64,000 bases of DNA, from NCBI GenBank assembly GCA_014237915.1, contig JABACC010000013.1, forward strand, positions 64,568-128,567, given 5' to 3'. Made by a program: the position numbers and the translations under genes. Shown piece after piece: positions 1 through 7,899 of this stretch (position 1 is the first letter of the stretch; every line of letters starts with the position of its first letter). Below the pieces are notes generated by a model that saw only the letters and a program-made list of their open reading frames with translations, did no database searches and had not been told where the DNA came from. Origin of the DNA: Candidatus Paceibacter sp. GTDB taxonomy: Bacteria > Patescibacteriota > Minisyncoccia > Phycocordibacterales > GCA-2747955.

Positions 1-212
1 TTTCTTTTTAAATATTTTATGAGTTTTCTTCTGTTTGCAATCATTTGCAAAAGGCCCCTTGTGGAATGTCTGTCTTTTTTGTTTATTTTTAAATGCTCAG
101 AAAGATTGTTGATTTTTTCAGTTAAAACAGAAATTTGAACTTCTGTAGAACCAGTATCTCCTTCTTTTTTTGCAGCATCTTTTATAACTTTTTCTTTATT
201 AATTTTTGCCAT
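1..212 (-). CDS. rpsO: 30S ribosomal protein S15 (partial; the 3' end lies before the window start)
   Basis: Minus-strand translation from the ATG at 212: [64 protein letters not shown]. This carries the classic S15 GDTGS-EVQ and HSRRGLL motifs. It is absent from the ORF track because it has no in-window stop. Confidence 0.8.
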   Translation of the reverse strand, partial: MAKINKEKVIKDAAKKEGDTGSTEVQISVLTEKINNLSEHLKINKKDRHSTRGLLQMIANRRKLIKYLKR

Positions 213-218
213 AGGAGA

Positions 219-227
219 ATTTTAACA
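219..227 (-). promoter_or_regulatory. Extended -10 (TGtTAAAAT) 6 nt upstream of the rpsO ATG; leaderless-type promoter
   Basis: The minus strand reads ttttgTTAAAATtctcctATG. There is no SD. Confidence 0.45.
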
Positions 228-270
228 AAAAAAAATAAAGAAACAACAAGAAAATTTTTAAAAAATAAAA

Positions 271-1140
271 TTAATCTAAATAAATTTCTTGGCCCGTTAA
301 AATAAACTTAATATTTCCCTCTTTGCTGGTTTCTAAAATTTCTGAACCAGTTTTTTCTAATTTTTCCAAAACCTCAAAATGCGGATGTCCGTATGGATTA
401 TTTTCTCCAGCTGAAATAACGGAAAAATCAGGAGAAACTTCTTCTAAAAAAAATTCATTAGAAGAGGTTTTTGATCCATGATGAGAAACTATTAAAACAT
501 CAGATTTTATTTTCTCTTCTAATTTTTCTGCTAAATATTTTTCAATTTTCTGTGGCAAATCCCCTGTAAATAAAACAGAATTTTCTCCATAAGAAATTTT
601 TAAAACAACTGAAGATGAATTTGTTTCTAAATTTTCAAGCTCTGAAAATGGGAAAAAAAATTCAATTAAAACTCCAGAAGGAAAAACAATTTTCTCTCCT
701 GCATAAACCTCTAGGTTTTGTTTTTCATTTTTTTCTAAAAAAGAAAAAATCTCCTCAAAAAAATAAACCTCTCTTTTAAATCCATTCCATAAAAAAATAT
801 CAAAATCATATCTTTTAAAAATTTCTAAAAAACCTCCAATGTGATCCAAATCTTGATGCGAAGCGATTAAGTAATTTATCTTTTTATCAAAAAAAGTTAT
901 TTCTTTTTTTAAAGATTTCAAAACTTCATTTTCTTTTCCTGCGTCTATTAAAATATCAATTCCTTCTGGGGTTTTTATGTAAGCTGCTGAACCTTGTCCA
1001 ACATCTAAAATTGTAATTTCTAAATTTTTTTGAGATTTGTTTTTATAAAAAAAAAGAAGTAATAAAACTATAAAAACAAAAAATAAAAAAGAAATTATTT
1101 TAAATAAATTTTTTTCTGATATTTTTATTTTTGAAAACAC
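271..1140 (-). CDS. MBL-fold metallo-hydrolase (ComEC C-terminal / lactamase_B-like domain), N-terminal TM anchor
   Basis: It carries HQDLDHIGG (HxHxDH) and a downstream VISHHGSKTSS motif, and begins with a hydrophobic N-terminal helix. Confidence 0.6.
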   Translation of the reverse strand: MFSKIKISEKNLFKIISFLFFVFIVLLLLFFYKNKSQKNLEITILDVGQGSAAYIKTPEGIDILIDAGKENEVLKSLKKEITFFDKKINYLIASHQDLDHIGGFLEIFKRYDFDIFLWNGFKREVYFFEEIFSFLEKNEKQNLEVYAGEKIVFPSGVLIEFFFPFSELENLETNSSSVVLKISYGENSVLFTGDLPQKIEKYLAEKLEEKIKSDVLIVSHHGSKTSSNEFFLEEVSPDFSVISAGENNPYGHPHFEVLEKLEKTGSEILETSKEGNIKFILTGQEIYLD

Positions 1141-1208
1141 TGCTTAATTCTAACAAAAAAATTACTTTAAAAATTTGATAAAATTTTAATTGTAGTAAAA
1201 TTAAAAAT

Positions 1209-2012
1209 ATGGAAAAAATAGATATTTTAATATTTGGAATTATTCAAGGCTTGAGTGAATTTTTGCCAGTGAGCTCTTCTGGACATATTTTTTTGGCAGA
1301 ATATTTTTTAAAAAGTTTTAATCAGGATTTTTTAATTTTAATTTCTCTTTGGCTTCATCTTGCCACTTTATTGGCGGTTTTGTTTTATTTTAAAAAAGGA
1401 ATTTTAGAGCTTCTGCGGGCTGGTTTTTATTTAAAGAAAAATACGGAAAAAAATTTATTATTCAAAAAATTATTTTTTGCCACTTTTGTAACTAGCATTT
1501 TAGGGATAATAATTTTAAAATTTTTTGAAATTAAAACCTCACTGCTATTTTTAGCTATTTCTTTTGTTATCGGCGGTATTTTCATTTTACTTTCCGAAAA
1601 AATTTCTCTCTCTGAAAATAAAAATTTAAGTTGGTTTAAAACTTTTTTCTTGGGGCTGGCGCAAGGAATTTCTGTTATTCCCGGAATTTCAAGATCTGGT
1701 TTTACAATTTCCACTTTAATGATTTCTGGAATTGAAAAAAAAGAAGCAGCTAAAATTTCTTTTTTGCTTTCTGTTCCCACAATTATTGGTGCTAGTTTTT
1801 TTATAACTTTTGATTTTTTTAAAAATAATTTATTAAATTTTAATTATTTTTTTTCTGATTTTTTCTTTATTTTTATTTTAGGAATTTTACCAGCATTTTT
1901 TTTAGCTTATTTTTCTATTTTTATTATTATGAAATTTGTTGAAAAAAATTGGAAATATTTTGGTTATTATAATTTAATTTTAGGAATTTTTTTGATTTTG
2001 TTTTTAATTTAA
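1209..2012 (+). CDS. uppP: Undecaprenyl-diphosphatase
   Basis: It has the GLSEFLPVSSSGHI and ISRSGFTIS BacA/UppP signature motifs and is a polytopic membrane protein. Confidence 0.85.
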   Translation: MEKIDILIFGIIQGLSEFLPVSSSGHIFLAEYFLKSFNQDFLILISLWLHLATLLAVLFYFKKGILELLRAGFYLKKNTEKNLLFKKLFFATFVTSILGIIILKFFEIKTSLLFLAISFVIGGIFILLSEKISLSENKNLSWFKTFFLGLAQGISVIPGISRSGFTISTLMISGIEKKEAAKISFLLSVPTIIGASFFITFDFFKNNLLNFNYFFSDFFFIFILGILPAFFLAYFSIFIIMKFVEKNWKYFGYYNLILGIFLILFLI

Positions 2013-2034
2013 AAACTTTGTGGAAATTTAAATA

Positions 2035-2085
2035 ATTTGGGGGCAAAAAAATCGCAACTTCGTTGCGATTTTTTTGCCCCCAAAT
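2035..2085. terminator. Bidirectional intrinsic terminator (GC clamp, A/T runs, TTCG loop) between uppP(+) and rplS(-)
   Basis: The sequence is atttgggggcaaaaaaatcgcaacTTCGttgcgatttttttgcccccaaat, a perfect inverted repeat. Confidence 0.6.
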
Positions 2086-2096
2086 TATTTAAATTT

Positions 2097-2807
2097 CTAA
2101 GCTTTTTTTTCTGTATCTTCTTCTGTTTCTAATTTTTCAGCCTCTTCTTTTTCTAGCTCTCCCTTTTTCTCTTCTACTGGTTTTTCGGTTTCAGCTTCTT
2201 CTTCTTCTTCCTCTACTGGAGTTTCAGCTTTCTCCTCATCTTCTTTTTCTTCTTGGGGTTTTTCTTCTGATTTTTCAGTTTCTTCTTGTACTTTTTTTTC
2301 AGCTTCTACTTTTTCTTGTTCTGCTCTTTTTTCCTCTTCTACTTTTTGAGCTTCTTCTTCAGCTTTTTTCATCTGTTCAGCCTCTTTAATTTTCTTTTCA
2401 TTTTCTTCAATGTCTGAAGTTGTAGAAACGCTCACAATTTTAGCTCTTCTCATTTGTCTTCTAATTTCACGCGCTACTTTTTCTCTTAAATAATAAAGTT
2501 TAGATTTTCTAACCTGTCCTTTTTTGGTAATTTCAATTTTATCAATATTTGGAGAATATAATGGAAAAATTTTTTCTATGCCAACTCCATTAGAAACTTT
2601 TCTTACTGTGAAAGTTGCTCCGGGTTCTGTTCCATGTTTTACAGAAAGTACAAGACCTTCAAAAGCTTGAAGTCTAACTTTGTCTTTTTCTTTTATTTTT
2701 ATCCAAACTTTTACAGTATCTCCTGATTTAATTCTTATTTTCTTTCTCTCTTCTTGGTTAACTGAAGTGAAATCTTTGATTGGATTTTGTTGTAAATCTA
2801 AATTCAT
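2097..2807 (-). CDS. rplS: 50S ribosomal protein L19 with a ~120-aa Glu/Lys-rich C-terminal extension
   Basis: The N-terminal ~115 aa match L19 (KSGDTVKVWIKIKE...RLQAFEGLVL...KVSNGVGIEKIFPLYSP). The tail is a low-complexity EEK/EEE repeat. Confidence 0.85.
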   Translation of the reverse strand: MNLDLQQNPIKDFTSVNQEERKKIRIKSGDTVKVWIKIKEKDKVRLQAFEGLVLSVKHGTEPGATFTVRKVSNGVGIEKIFPLYSPNIDKIEITKKGQVRKSKLYYLREKVAREIRRQMRRAKIVSVSTTSDIEENEKKIKEAEQMKKAEEEAQKVEEEKRAEQEKVEAEKKVQEETEKSEEKPQEEKEDEEKAETPVEEEEEEAETEKPVEEKKGELEKEEAEKLETEEDTEKKA

Positions 2808-2979
2808 AAAATTTTATAGTAAAATAATGGATTGAATTTTAACAAAAGATATTTTTCATTGCAAAAAAAATATTGAAAAAAATATTGCGTCAAAACTTAA
2901 GTTTCTATATAATATCAACTACATAAAGAATACAGGGTAAATTCTTTATTTATTTAAACTTTAATTAATTAAATTCTCT

Positions 2980-3252
2980 ATGAATAAAAAAGAACTAATA
3001 GAATATATTTCTGATCAAGTTGGTTGTTCAAAAGCCGACGCTGGAAGAATGGTAGATGCTCTTATAGAAGGTATTTTCAAAACTTTGAAAAAAGGAGGTG
3101 ATGTTGCAGTTTCAGGATTAGGAATATTCACAAGCTCAAAAAGAGCTGCAAGAAACGGAAGAAACCCAAAAACTGGAGAAACTCTTAAAATTCCTGCGAT
3201 GACTGTTCCAAAATTTAAAGCAGCTAAAGCTCTAAAAGATTTACTTAGATAG
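2980..3252 (+). CDS. hup: DNA-binding protein HU
   Basis: MNKKELIEYIS...GDVAVSGLGIFTSSKRAARNGRNPKTGETLKIPAMTVPKFKAAKALKD matches the HU/IHF fold signature. Confidence 0.85.
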   Translation: MNKKELIEYISDQVGCSKADAGRMVDALIEGIFKTLKKGGDVAVSGLGIFTSSKRAARNGRNPKTGETLKIPAMTVPKFKAAKALKDLLR

Positions 3253-3272
3253 TTTTTCCCAAAGATCAATTT

Positions 3273-3306
3273 AAAAGTGCACATACATTTTAGTATGTGC
3301 TCTTTT
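3273..3306 (+). terminator. hup terminator hairpin (gtgcacatac / gtatgtgc) followed by a T run
   Basis: Inverted repeat located directly after the hup stop codon. Confidence 0.5.
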
Positions 3307-3377
3307 AATTTCAGATTATTTTAAAACTTTATTTTTATTTTTATTTTGTTAAACTATTTTAAATTTAAAAATATAAA

Positions 3378-3448
3378 GCGAGTATAGTTTAGTGGTAAAA
3401 TACATCCTTGCCAAGGATGAGTCGGGAGTTCGATTCTCCCTACTCGCA
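3378..3448 (+). tRNA. tRNA-Gly (anticodon GCC)
   Basis: Cloverleaf: acceptor GCGAGTA/TACTCGC, D arm AGTTTAGTGGTAAAAT, anticodon stem CATCC/GGATG with loop TTGCCAA, T arm GGGAGTTCGATTCTCCC, discriminator A. No CCA is encoded. Confidence 0.9.
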
Positions 3449-3472
3449 CAAAAAAACAGTAAAAAATAAAAA

Positions 3473-3498
3473 GGTTCAGTATATTACATACTGAACCT
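3473..3498. terminator. Hairpin ggttcagtat-attac-atactgaacc between tRNA-Gly(+) and a convergent minus-strand gene
   Basis: Perfect 10-bp stem. Confidence 0.45.
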
Positions 3499-3920
3499 TA
3501 TAAGGTTTTTAATAAATAAATTAAAAGATAATAAAGGCCTGTAGACATATTTGCAAATGAAAAGGCCAGTATTACTGCGTGTTTTCGATGCATTTTTTTT
3601 CCTGCAGGACTCTCTTTCCACTCTTTATTAAATAGATACAAAAGCTCTTCTATCGACAGCTCCCCACCTTTTCTGATTTTTAGAATTTTCCTATTTTTTG
3701 TGCTCCAAGACAATTTTTCTTGAAAACTTATAATCCACTCTAAAAAATTTACTCCAGCATGAATACCGTATTCATCAGGTTTTTTCCAGGCATTTGGATC
3801 TTCATTGATAAAACTTTTTATGAAATCACCTTTTTCTTCTCTTGGCACATACCTACCAACATTAAAAAAAGCCCAAATTTCCGCCATACCATTTTCCTTA
3901 ACCATACTTTTGTCCTTCAT
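3498..3920 (-). CDS. Hypothetical protein (140 aa), no recognisable domain
   Basis: Long ORF whose promoter is identical to that of the neighbouring 126-aa gene. Its composition looks more GC-rich than the flanks by eye. Confidence 0.5.
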   Translation of the reverse strand: MKDKSMVKENGMAEIWAFFNVGRYVPREEKGDFIKSFINEDPNAWKKPDEYGIHAGVNFLEWIISFQEKLSWSTKNRKILKIRKGGELSIEELLYLFNKEWKESPAGKKMHRKHAVILAFSFANMSTGLYYLLIYLLKTL

Positions 3921-3944
3921 TTCTGTTAAAGATTAACTTTTATT

Positions 3945-3972
3945 ATGTTAACTTAATAATTAAAATTGTCAA
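3945..3972 (-). promoter_or_regulatory. Sigma70-like promoter: -35 TTGACA (plus 3967-3972), 16-nt spacer, -10 TAACAT (plus 3945-3950)
   Basis: The minus strand reads aaTTGACAattttaattattaagtTAACAT, about 25 nt upstream of the ATG at 3920. The same 14-mer TTGACAATTTTAAT recurs at 4640-4653. Confidence 0.4.
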
Positions 3973-4009
3973 TTATTTTTTAAACACCTTCGGAAAATAG
4001 ACAAAATAA

Positions 4010-4033
4010 AATGGCCTCTCGAAAGAAGCCATT
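4010..4033 (-). terminator. Hairpin aatggc-N12-gccatt flanked by T/A runs, downstream of the 126-aa gene
   Basis: Inverted repeat. On the minus strand a TTTTATTTT tract follows it. Confidence 0.4.
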
Positions 4034-4057
4034 GGTTTTTTGTTATTGAGATTGAGA

Positions 4058-4438
4058 TTAAGTCTCTTCTGACTTTTTTTCAAGCTCTTTAAGCTTTTCT
4101 TCGAAAGCTTTTCTGCTTTTTTCGTTTAAAGCTTGAGTTTTGAAAACCCTTTCCCAAATAGTCGCATGTTCATACAGGCAGTCTTTGAATATTTCAGATA
4201 TTTCTTTTCCAACTACAACTTTCAGGTGATTTCCCCTGAACAAAACCTCCGCAACAGTTACTCCTTTTTCATTTTCTAAGCATAGAATATCTGAAGTGGA
4301 AAAAGATTTAATTTTGATCCTAGCTATTTTTGCAAACGAGTGCGCCACCGTATTTCTCTCGAAATCAACATATTCTTTTAAAAAAGATATCTCTTCTTCT
4401 TTGTATTCATCTTCTTCAAATATTTGTTGTTCATACAT
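4058..4438 (-). CDS. Hypothetical acidic protein (126 aa)
   Basis: ORF preceded by a 27-codon upstream ORF and a TTGACA promoter. No domain recognised. Confidence 0.5.
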   Translation of the reverse strand: MYEQQIFEEDEYKEEEISFLKEYVDFERNTVAHSFAKIARIKIKSFSTSDILCLENEKGVTVAEVLFRGNHLKVVVGKEISEIFKDCLYEHATIWERVFKTQALNEKSRKAFEEKLKELEKKSEET

Positions 4439-4501
4439 CCGCTCAAAAAAAAAGTATTCATTTCCTTCGAAGTTTATACCCTGTATCAGGCTTATTCTAT
4501 T

Positions 4502-4585
4502 TTATTTGGCAAATTGAAATATTAATTCTGCAAATAATTTATTTCCTGGGATGGGGTCCAGGTCTCCTTCGTGAATAGGTGCCAT
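4502..4585 (-). CDS. Candidate 27-aa upstream small ORF (MAPIHEGDLDPIPGNKLFAELIFQFAK)
   Basis: The ATG at 4585 has AAGGA 9 nt upstream. It lies between the TTGACA promoter and the 126-aa gene and looks locally GC-rich by eye. Confidence 0.25.
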   Translation of the reverse strand: MAPIHEGDLDPIPGNKLFAELIFQFAK

Positions 4586-4625
4586 ACTCTTTTCCTTTCT
4601 ATTTTTATAAGAACGTTAATTTTTA

Positions 4626-4653
4626 ATAATAAGCTAAAAATTAAAATTGTCAA
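4626..4653 (-). promoter_or_regulatory. Sigma70-like promoter: -35 TTGACA (plus 4648-4653), 16-nt spacer, -10 TATTAT (plus 4626-4631)
   Basis: The minus strand reads taTTGACAattttaatttttagctTATTAT. The TTGACAATTTTAAT motif is shared with 3959-3972. Confidence 0.4.
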
Positions 4654-4687
4654 TAAATTTATTTTAGAAAATGTGGAAAATAAAAAA

Positions 4688-4728
4688 GGCGATTTTTTGG
4701 AAAAACAAAGTTTTTCCAAAAAATCGCC
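4688..4728 (-). terminator. tig terminator: long hairpin ggcgattttttggaaaaac-aaa-gtttttccaaaaaatcgcc followed by a T run
   Basis: Perfect ~19-bp inverted repeat placed 18 nt after the tig stop codon. Confidence 0.55.
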
Positions 4729-4745
4729 TTTTTTATTTTTATAAA

Positions 4746-5804
4746 TTAACTTTTCTGAAAAGTTTCTAAAAATTTCATAACCTCTTCGTTTATTAAAATA
4801 TTTTCAACATACAAGCTCACATTCTGAGCGTCTGCATCTTTGTGCATCGACAAAATCATTTCTGTTTGTTTTGAAACATCTTCTTTTTTAGCAGAAATTT
4901 TTTCTACCTTAGAAATTTCTTTTAAGGCAAGTTCAAAAATTGCTCTTTTTTTAGCTTCTGGCTGAAAATCTTTTTTTAAATCTTCAAGACTTTTCTCTGA
5001 TTTTTTTAAATAATCTTCAAAAGAAAGCCCTATTTTCGCAGAATCGTCTTTCATTTGTGCTATCATTTTTTCAATTTCTGAATTAAGTAAAATTTCTGGA
5101 ATTTCAACTTTTATATTTTTTATAATTTCTTCTGCTATTTTTTCTCTATTTTTTGAAACACCTTCAACTTCTTTTTGTTTTAAAATATCTTCTTTTAATT
5201 TTTTCTCAAAATCTTCAACATTTTTAAAATCTCCTAAAGTTTTAACAAATTCGTCTGTAAGTTTCTCCTCTTTTTTATCATTTTTTTCATCTTCTTTTTG
5301 ATCGCCTGAATTTTTATCAGTTTGATTTTTTTTCATTTCCAATAAATTTTTAACAACTTTTTGAACGTCGTCATCTGAAACAGAAACTTTATCTTTTTTT
5401 ATTTCACCAATTATTTTTTTGTAATCAGGTAAATTTATTTCTGGATAAATTGTAGTTGTAATAACAAATTCTAAAGGATTATCTTGTGCTAGCTTTGTAA
5501 CTGAAATATTTGGAAAACCAATTGGTTGAAGTTTTTCCTCTTCTAAAATTTGTGGGTAAGCATCTGAAATTGCAAAATTTGCAGCTTCTGATAAAACACC
5601 TAGCTGGCCAACTTTTCCAACAAGAACATCTTCAGGAATATTTCCTTTTCTAAAACCATCAATTTCTACTTCTTTTTTTAGTTTTTCTAAAGCTTTTTCT
5701 TTATAGGAAATTAAATCTTCAAAAGAAATTGAAGCTTTAATATTTAAAATTCCTCCTTCTTTTTTTTCTGTTTCAAATTTTAAGGTTTTTATTTTTTTTT
5801 CCAT
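4746..5804 (-). CDS. tig: Trigger factor (short form)
   Basis: The N-terminal ribosome-binding domain carries IDGFRKGNIP (the GFRxGxxP signature). The overall architecture fits. At 352 aa it is shorter than canonical Tig. Confidence 0.65.
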   Translation of the reverse strand: MEKKIKTLKFETEKKEGGILNIKASISFEDLISYKEKALEKLKKEVEIDGFRKGNIPEDVLVGKVGQLGVLSEAANFAISDAYPQILEEEKLQPIGFPNISVTKLAQDNPLEFVITTTIYPEINLPDYKKIIGEIKKDKVSVSDDDVQKVVKNLLEMKKNQTDKNSGDQKEDEKNDKKEEKLTDEFVKTLGDFKNVEDFEKKLKEDILKQKEVEGVSKNREKIAEEIIKNIKVEIPEILLNSEIEKMIAQMKDDSAKIGLSFEDYLKKSEKSLEDLKKDFQPEAKKRAIFELALKEISKVEKISAKKEDVSKQTEMILSMHKDADAQNVSLYVENILINEEVMKFLETFQKS

Positions 5805-5868
5805 AAAAAAATTAAGTTAATTAAATAGTAAGTTAAACTCTTTTTTGTTTTTTAAAAAAATAGTTAAA

Positions 5869-6189
5869 TTAAAAATCTAAATCGGAAAGAATATCGTCAA
5901 TATCAATATCTAAATCATCAAAATTTATTTCATAAAGCTCTTCAAGCTCTTGTTGGGCTTGCTCTTCTGAATTTAGATTTTCAAAATCTTCATTCTCAAA
6001 GTTGTTTTCTGAACTAGAATCTTCTGTAGGTTTTTCAGTATTTTCAGTCTCAACAATGTTAACCTCTTTTTCAATAATTGTTGTATTATCTTCCCTATTT
6101 GAAAAATAATAATACGAAGAAAAGACTAAAACCACAACTATGATAATTATTGCAATATATGCACCGATTTCTTTTTTTTGATTTTTCAT
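5869..6189 (-). CDS. Hypothetical membrane-anchored, highly acidic protein (106 aa)
   Basis: It has an N-terminal TM helix followed by a D/E-rich tail with DLDIDIDD repeats. Confidence 0.45.
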   Translation of the reverse strand: MKNQKKEIGAYIAIIIIVVVLVFSSYYYFSNREDNTTIIEKEVNIVETENTEKPTEDSSSENNFENEDFENLNSEEQAQQELEELYEINFDDLDIDIDDILSDLDF

Positions 6190-6303
6190 AACTTTTTTTA
6201 TTAAATATTAAAGAATTAATAAAACAATTATAACAACAAAAAAAATAAATACAAAAAATAAGAGTTTTTTATAAAAAATATCTTATGTTATAATTTTTTT
6301 ACT

Positions 6304-7434
6304 ATGGAAACTATTTTTACTGGCATAGATATTGGCTCTGCAGAAATTAGAGCTATCGTCTGTAGTCGAAATAAAAAAACAAAAAAAATTAAAATTTTGA
6401 AAAAAATTTCAATTCCTTCTTTGGGTGTTAAAAATGGTATTATCGAAAACTACAAATTAGTTTCAGAACAAATTAAAAAAATTATTAAAAAAGTTGAAGA
6501 AGATCTTGGGATAAAAATTTCTGAAGCACTTTTTGCTTTAGAGCCTCATTCAATTTCCATTGAAAATATTTCTGTTTCACACACCACAACAACGGTTGAT
6601 AAAAAAATAACCGAAAACGATTTATTAATAATGGATCAAAAAGCTTTAAAAAAATTTAGAGTTGAGGGTTTTGAATATTTAGATTTTTTTCCAACAGAAT
6701 ATATTTTAGACGGAGAAGAAAAATACACAAAACCAAAAGATTTGTATGCGAGAACAATATTAGCAAATTATGTTTTTGTAAAAATTCCAAAAAACTCAAT
6801 TGAAAATTTAGAAAGAGTAGCGGAAATTTCAGAGCTTGATGTTTTAGGAATTTCTTCTTCTTCTTTATGCTCTAGTTTAATGACTCTTTCTCCGGAAGAT
6901 CGAAAATCTGGCTGTGTTTTACTTGATTTTGGCCACAATACAACTTCAATGATTGTTTATAAAAATGACTCCCCTATTTTTTTTGAAAATATAAAATTAG
7001 GTCTTTCTGAAGTGACTAAAAATATTGCTTTACATTTTAAAATTGAACAACAAGAAGCTGAAAAATTAAAAAGAAATGTTTCCTTTGCAGACGAGAAAAA
7101 ACAAATTGAAAAAATTTATCAAGATTTTTTCAAAAAAGTTTCAAAAGAAGTTTTAGATAATTTAAAAGAAATTGAAATGACTAAAAAAGTTTCAGGAGGA
7201 ATTATTATCTTAGCTCCTTTTTATAAAAATGAGGTTTTCACGGAAATGTTAAAAAAGTTAACAAAACTTCCAGTAAAAATTAGTAAAAGAAACTTGTTTT
7301 CTGAAACAGGATCTGGTTTTACTGGAGCTTATTGTTTAGCTCTAAATTCTTTAAATTTAAAACAGAAAAAAATGTTTAATGTAAAACAAATTAAAAATAA
7401 TTTTTACAGAATTTTCAAAAATTTTTTCATTTAA
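6304..7434 (+). CDS. Actin-like ATPase of the FtsA/PilM family (probable cell-division FtsA-like)
   Basis: The N-terminal GIDIGSAEIRAIV phosphate-1 motif and the later CVLLDFGHNTTSMIV phosphate-2-like motif are typical of FtsA/PilM. No pilN/O or ftsZ neighbour exists to discriminate between the two. Confidence 0.5.
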   Translation: METIFTGIDIGSAEIRAIVCSRNKKTKKIKILKKISIPSLGVKNGIIENYKLVSEQIKKIIKKVEEDLGIKISEALFALEPHSISIENISVSHTTTTVDKKITENDLLIMDQKALKKFRVEGFEYLDFFPTEYILDGEEKYTKPKDLYARTILANYVFVKIPKNSIENLERVAEISELDVLGISSSSLCSSLMTLSPEDRKSGCVLLDFGHNTTSMIVYKNDSPIFFENIKLGLSEVTKNIALHFKIEQQEAEKLKRNVSFADEKKQIEKIYQDFFKKVSKEVLDNLKEIEMTKKVSGGIIILAPFYKNEVFTEMLKKLTKLPVKISKRNLFSETGSGFTGAYCLALNSLNLKQKKMFNVKQIKNNFYRIFKNFFI

Positions 7435-7718
7435 TCAGTTAAAATTATAATTTTTTCTCCTTCTTTAACTCCGTTAAATTTCTCGACAACTTCTTTTTCT
7501 TGCCCTCTTGAAGTTTGTATTTCTAAAATATTTTCTTCGGTTTGAAGAATTTTTTCTTTTTCATTTAAAATTGAGAGGTTATTTTGTTTTTCATTTTTGG
7601 CTAAAACATTGAAAGTTTTATAAGATTTTATGTTTTCATTAATTAAAAAAATAGATAACAAAACTAAGATTACGATAGAAAAATTTAACAAAAAACCTTT
7701 TTTCTTTTTGCTTTTCAT
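7431..7718 (-). CDS. Small bitopic membrane protein with a coiled coil (FtsB/DivIC-like septum-formation-initiator candidate)
   Basis: It combines an N-terminal TM helix with a heptad-like region (NLSILNEKEKILQTEENILEIQ). The call rests on topology only. Confidence 0.3.
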   Translation of the reverse strand: MKSKKKKGFLLNFSIVILVLLSIFLINENIKSYKTFNVLAKNEKQNNLSILNEKEKILQTEENILEIQTSRGQEKEVVEKFNGVKEGEKIIILTD

Positions 7719-7899
7719 GATATTATTCTAAACTATGTTTGGTAAAAAAGGAAAAAAAATATTTAAAATAATTGCTATTTTTTTTACATTACTCGTAATT
7801 CTTTCAATGATTTTATCTTCTCTGTTTTACGTTTTTTTATAAAAAAATTAAAATAAAAAACACAGAAAAAATCTGTGTTTTTTATTTTAAAAAATTAAC

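Noticed and set aside
1427-1780. 117-aa minus-strand ORF inside uppP
   Set aside because: It lies entirely antisense to a well-supported membrane protein gene. Its composition mirrors the sense strand, so it is a shadow ORF.
3015-3284. 89-aa minus-strand ORF overlapping hup
   Set aside because: It is antisense to HU, which has an unmistakable signature. It is a shadow ORF.
4296-4578. Two plus-strand ORFs (73 and 82 aa) overlapping the 126-aa minus-strand gene and its upstream region
   Set aside because: They have low-complexity Ser/Leu-rich translations and overlap a promoter/terminator-delimited minus-strand unit. They are likely spurious.
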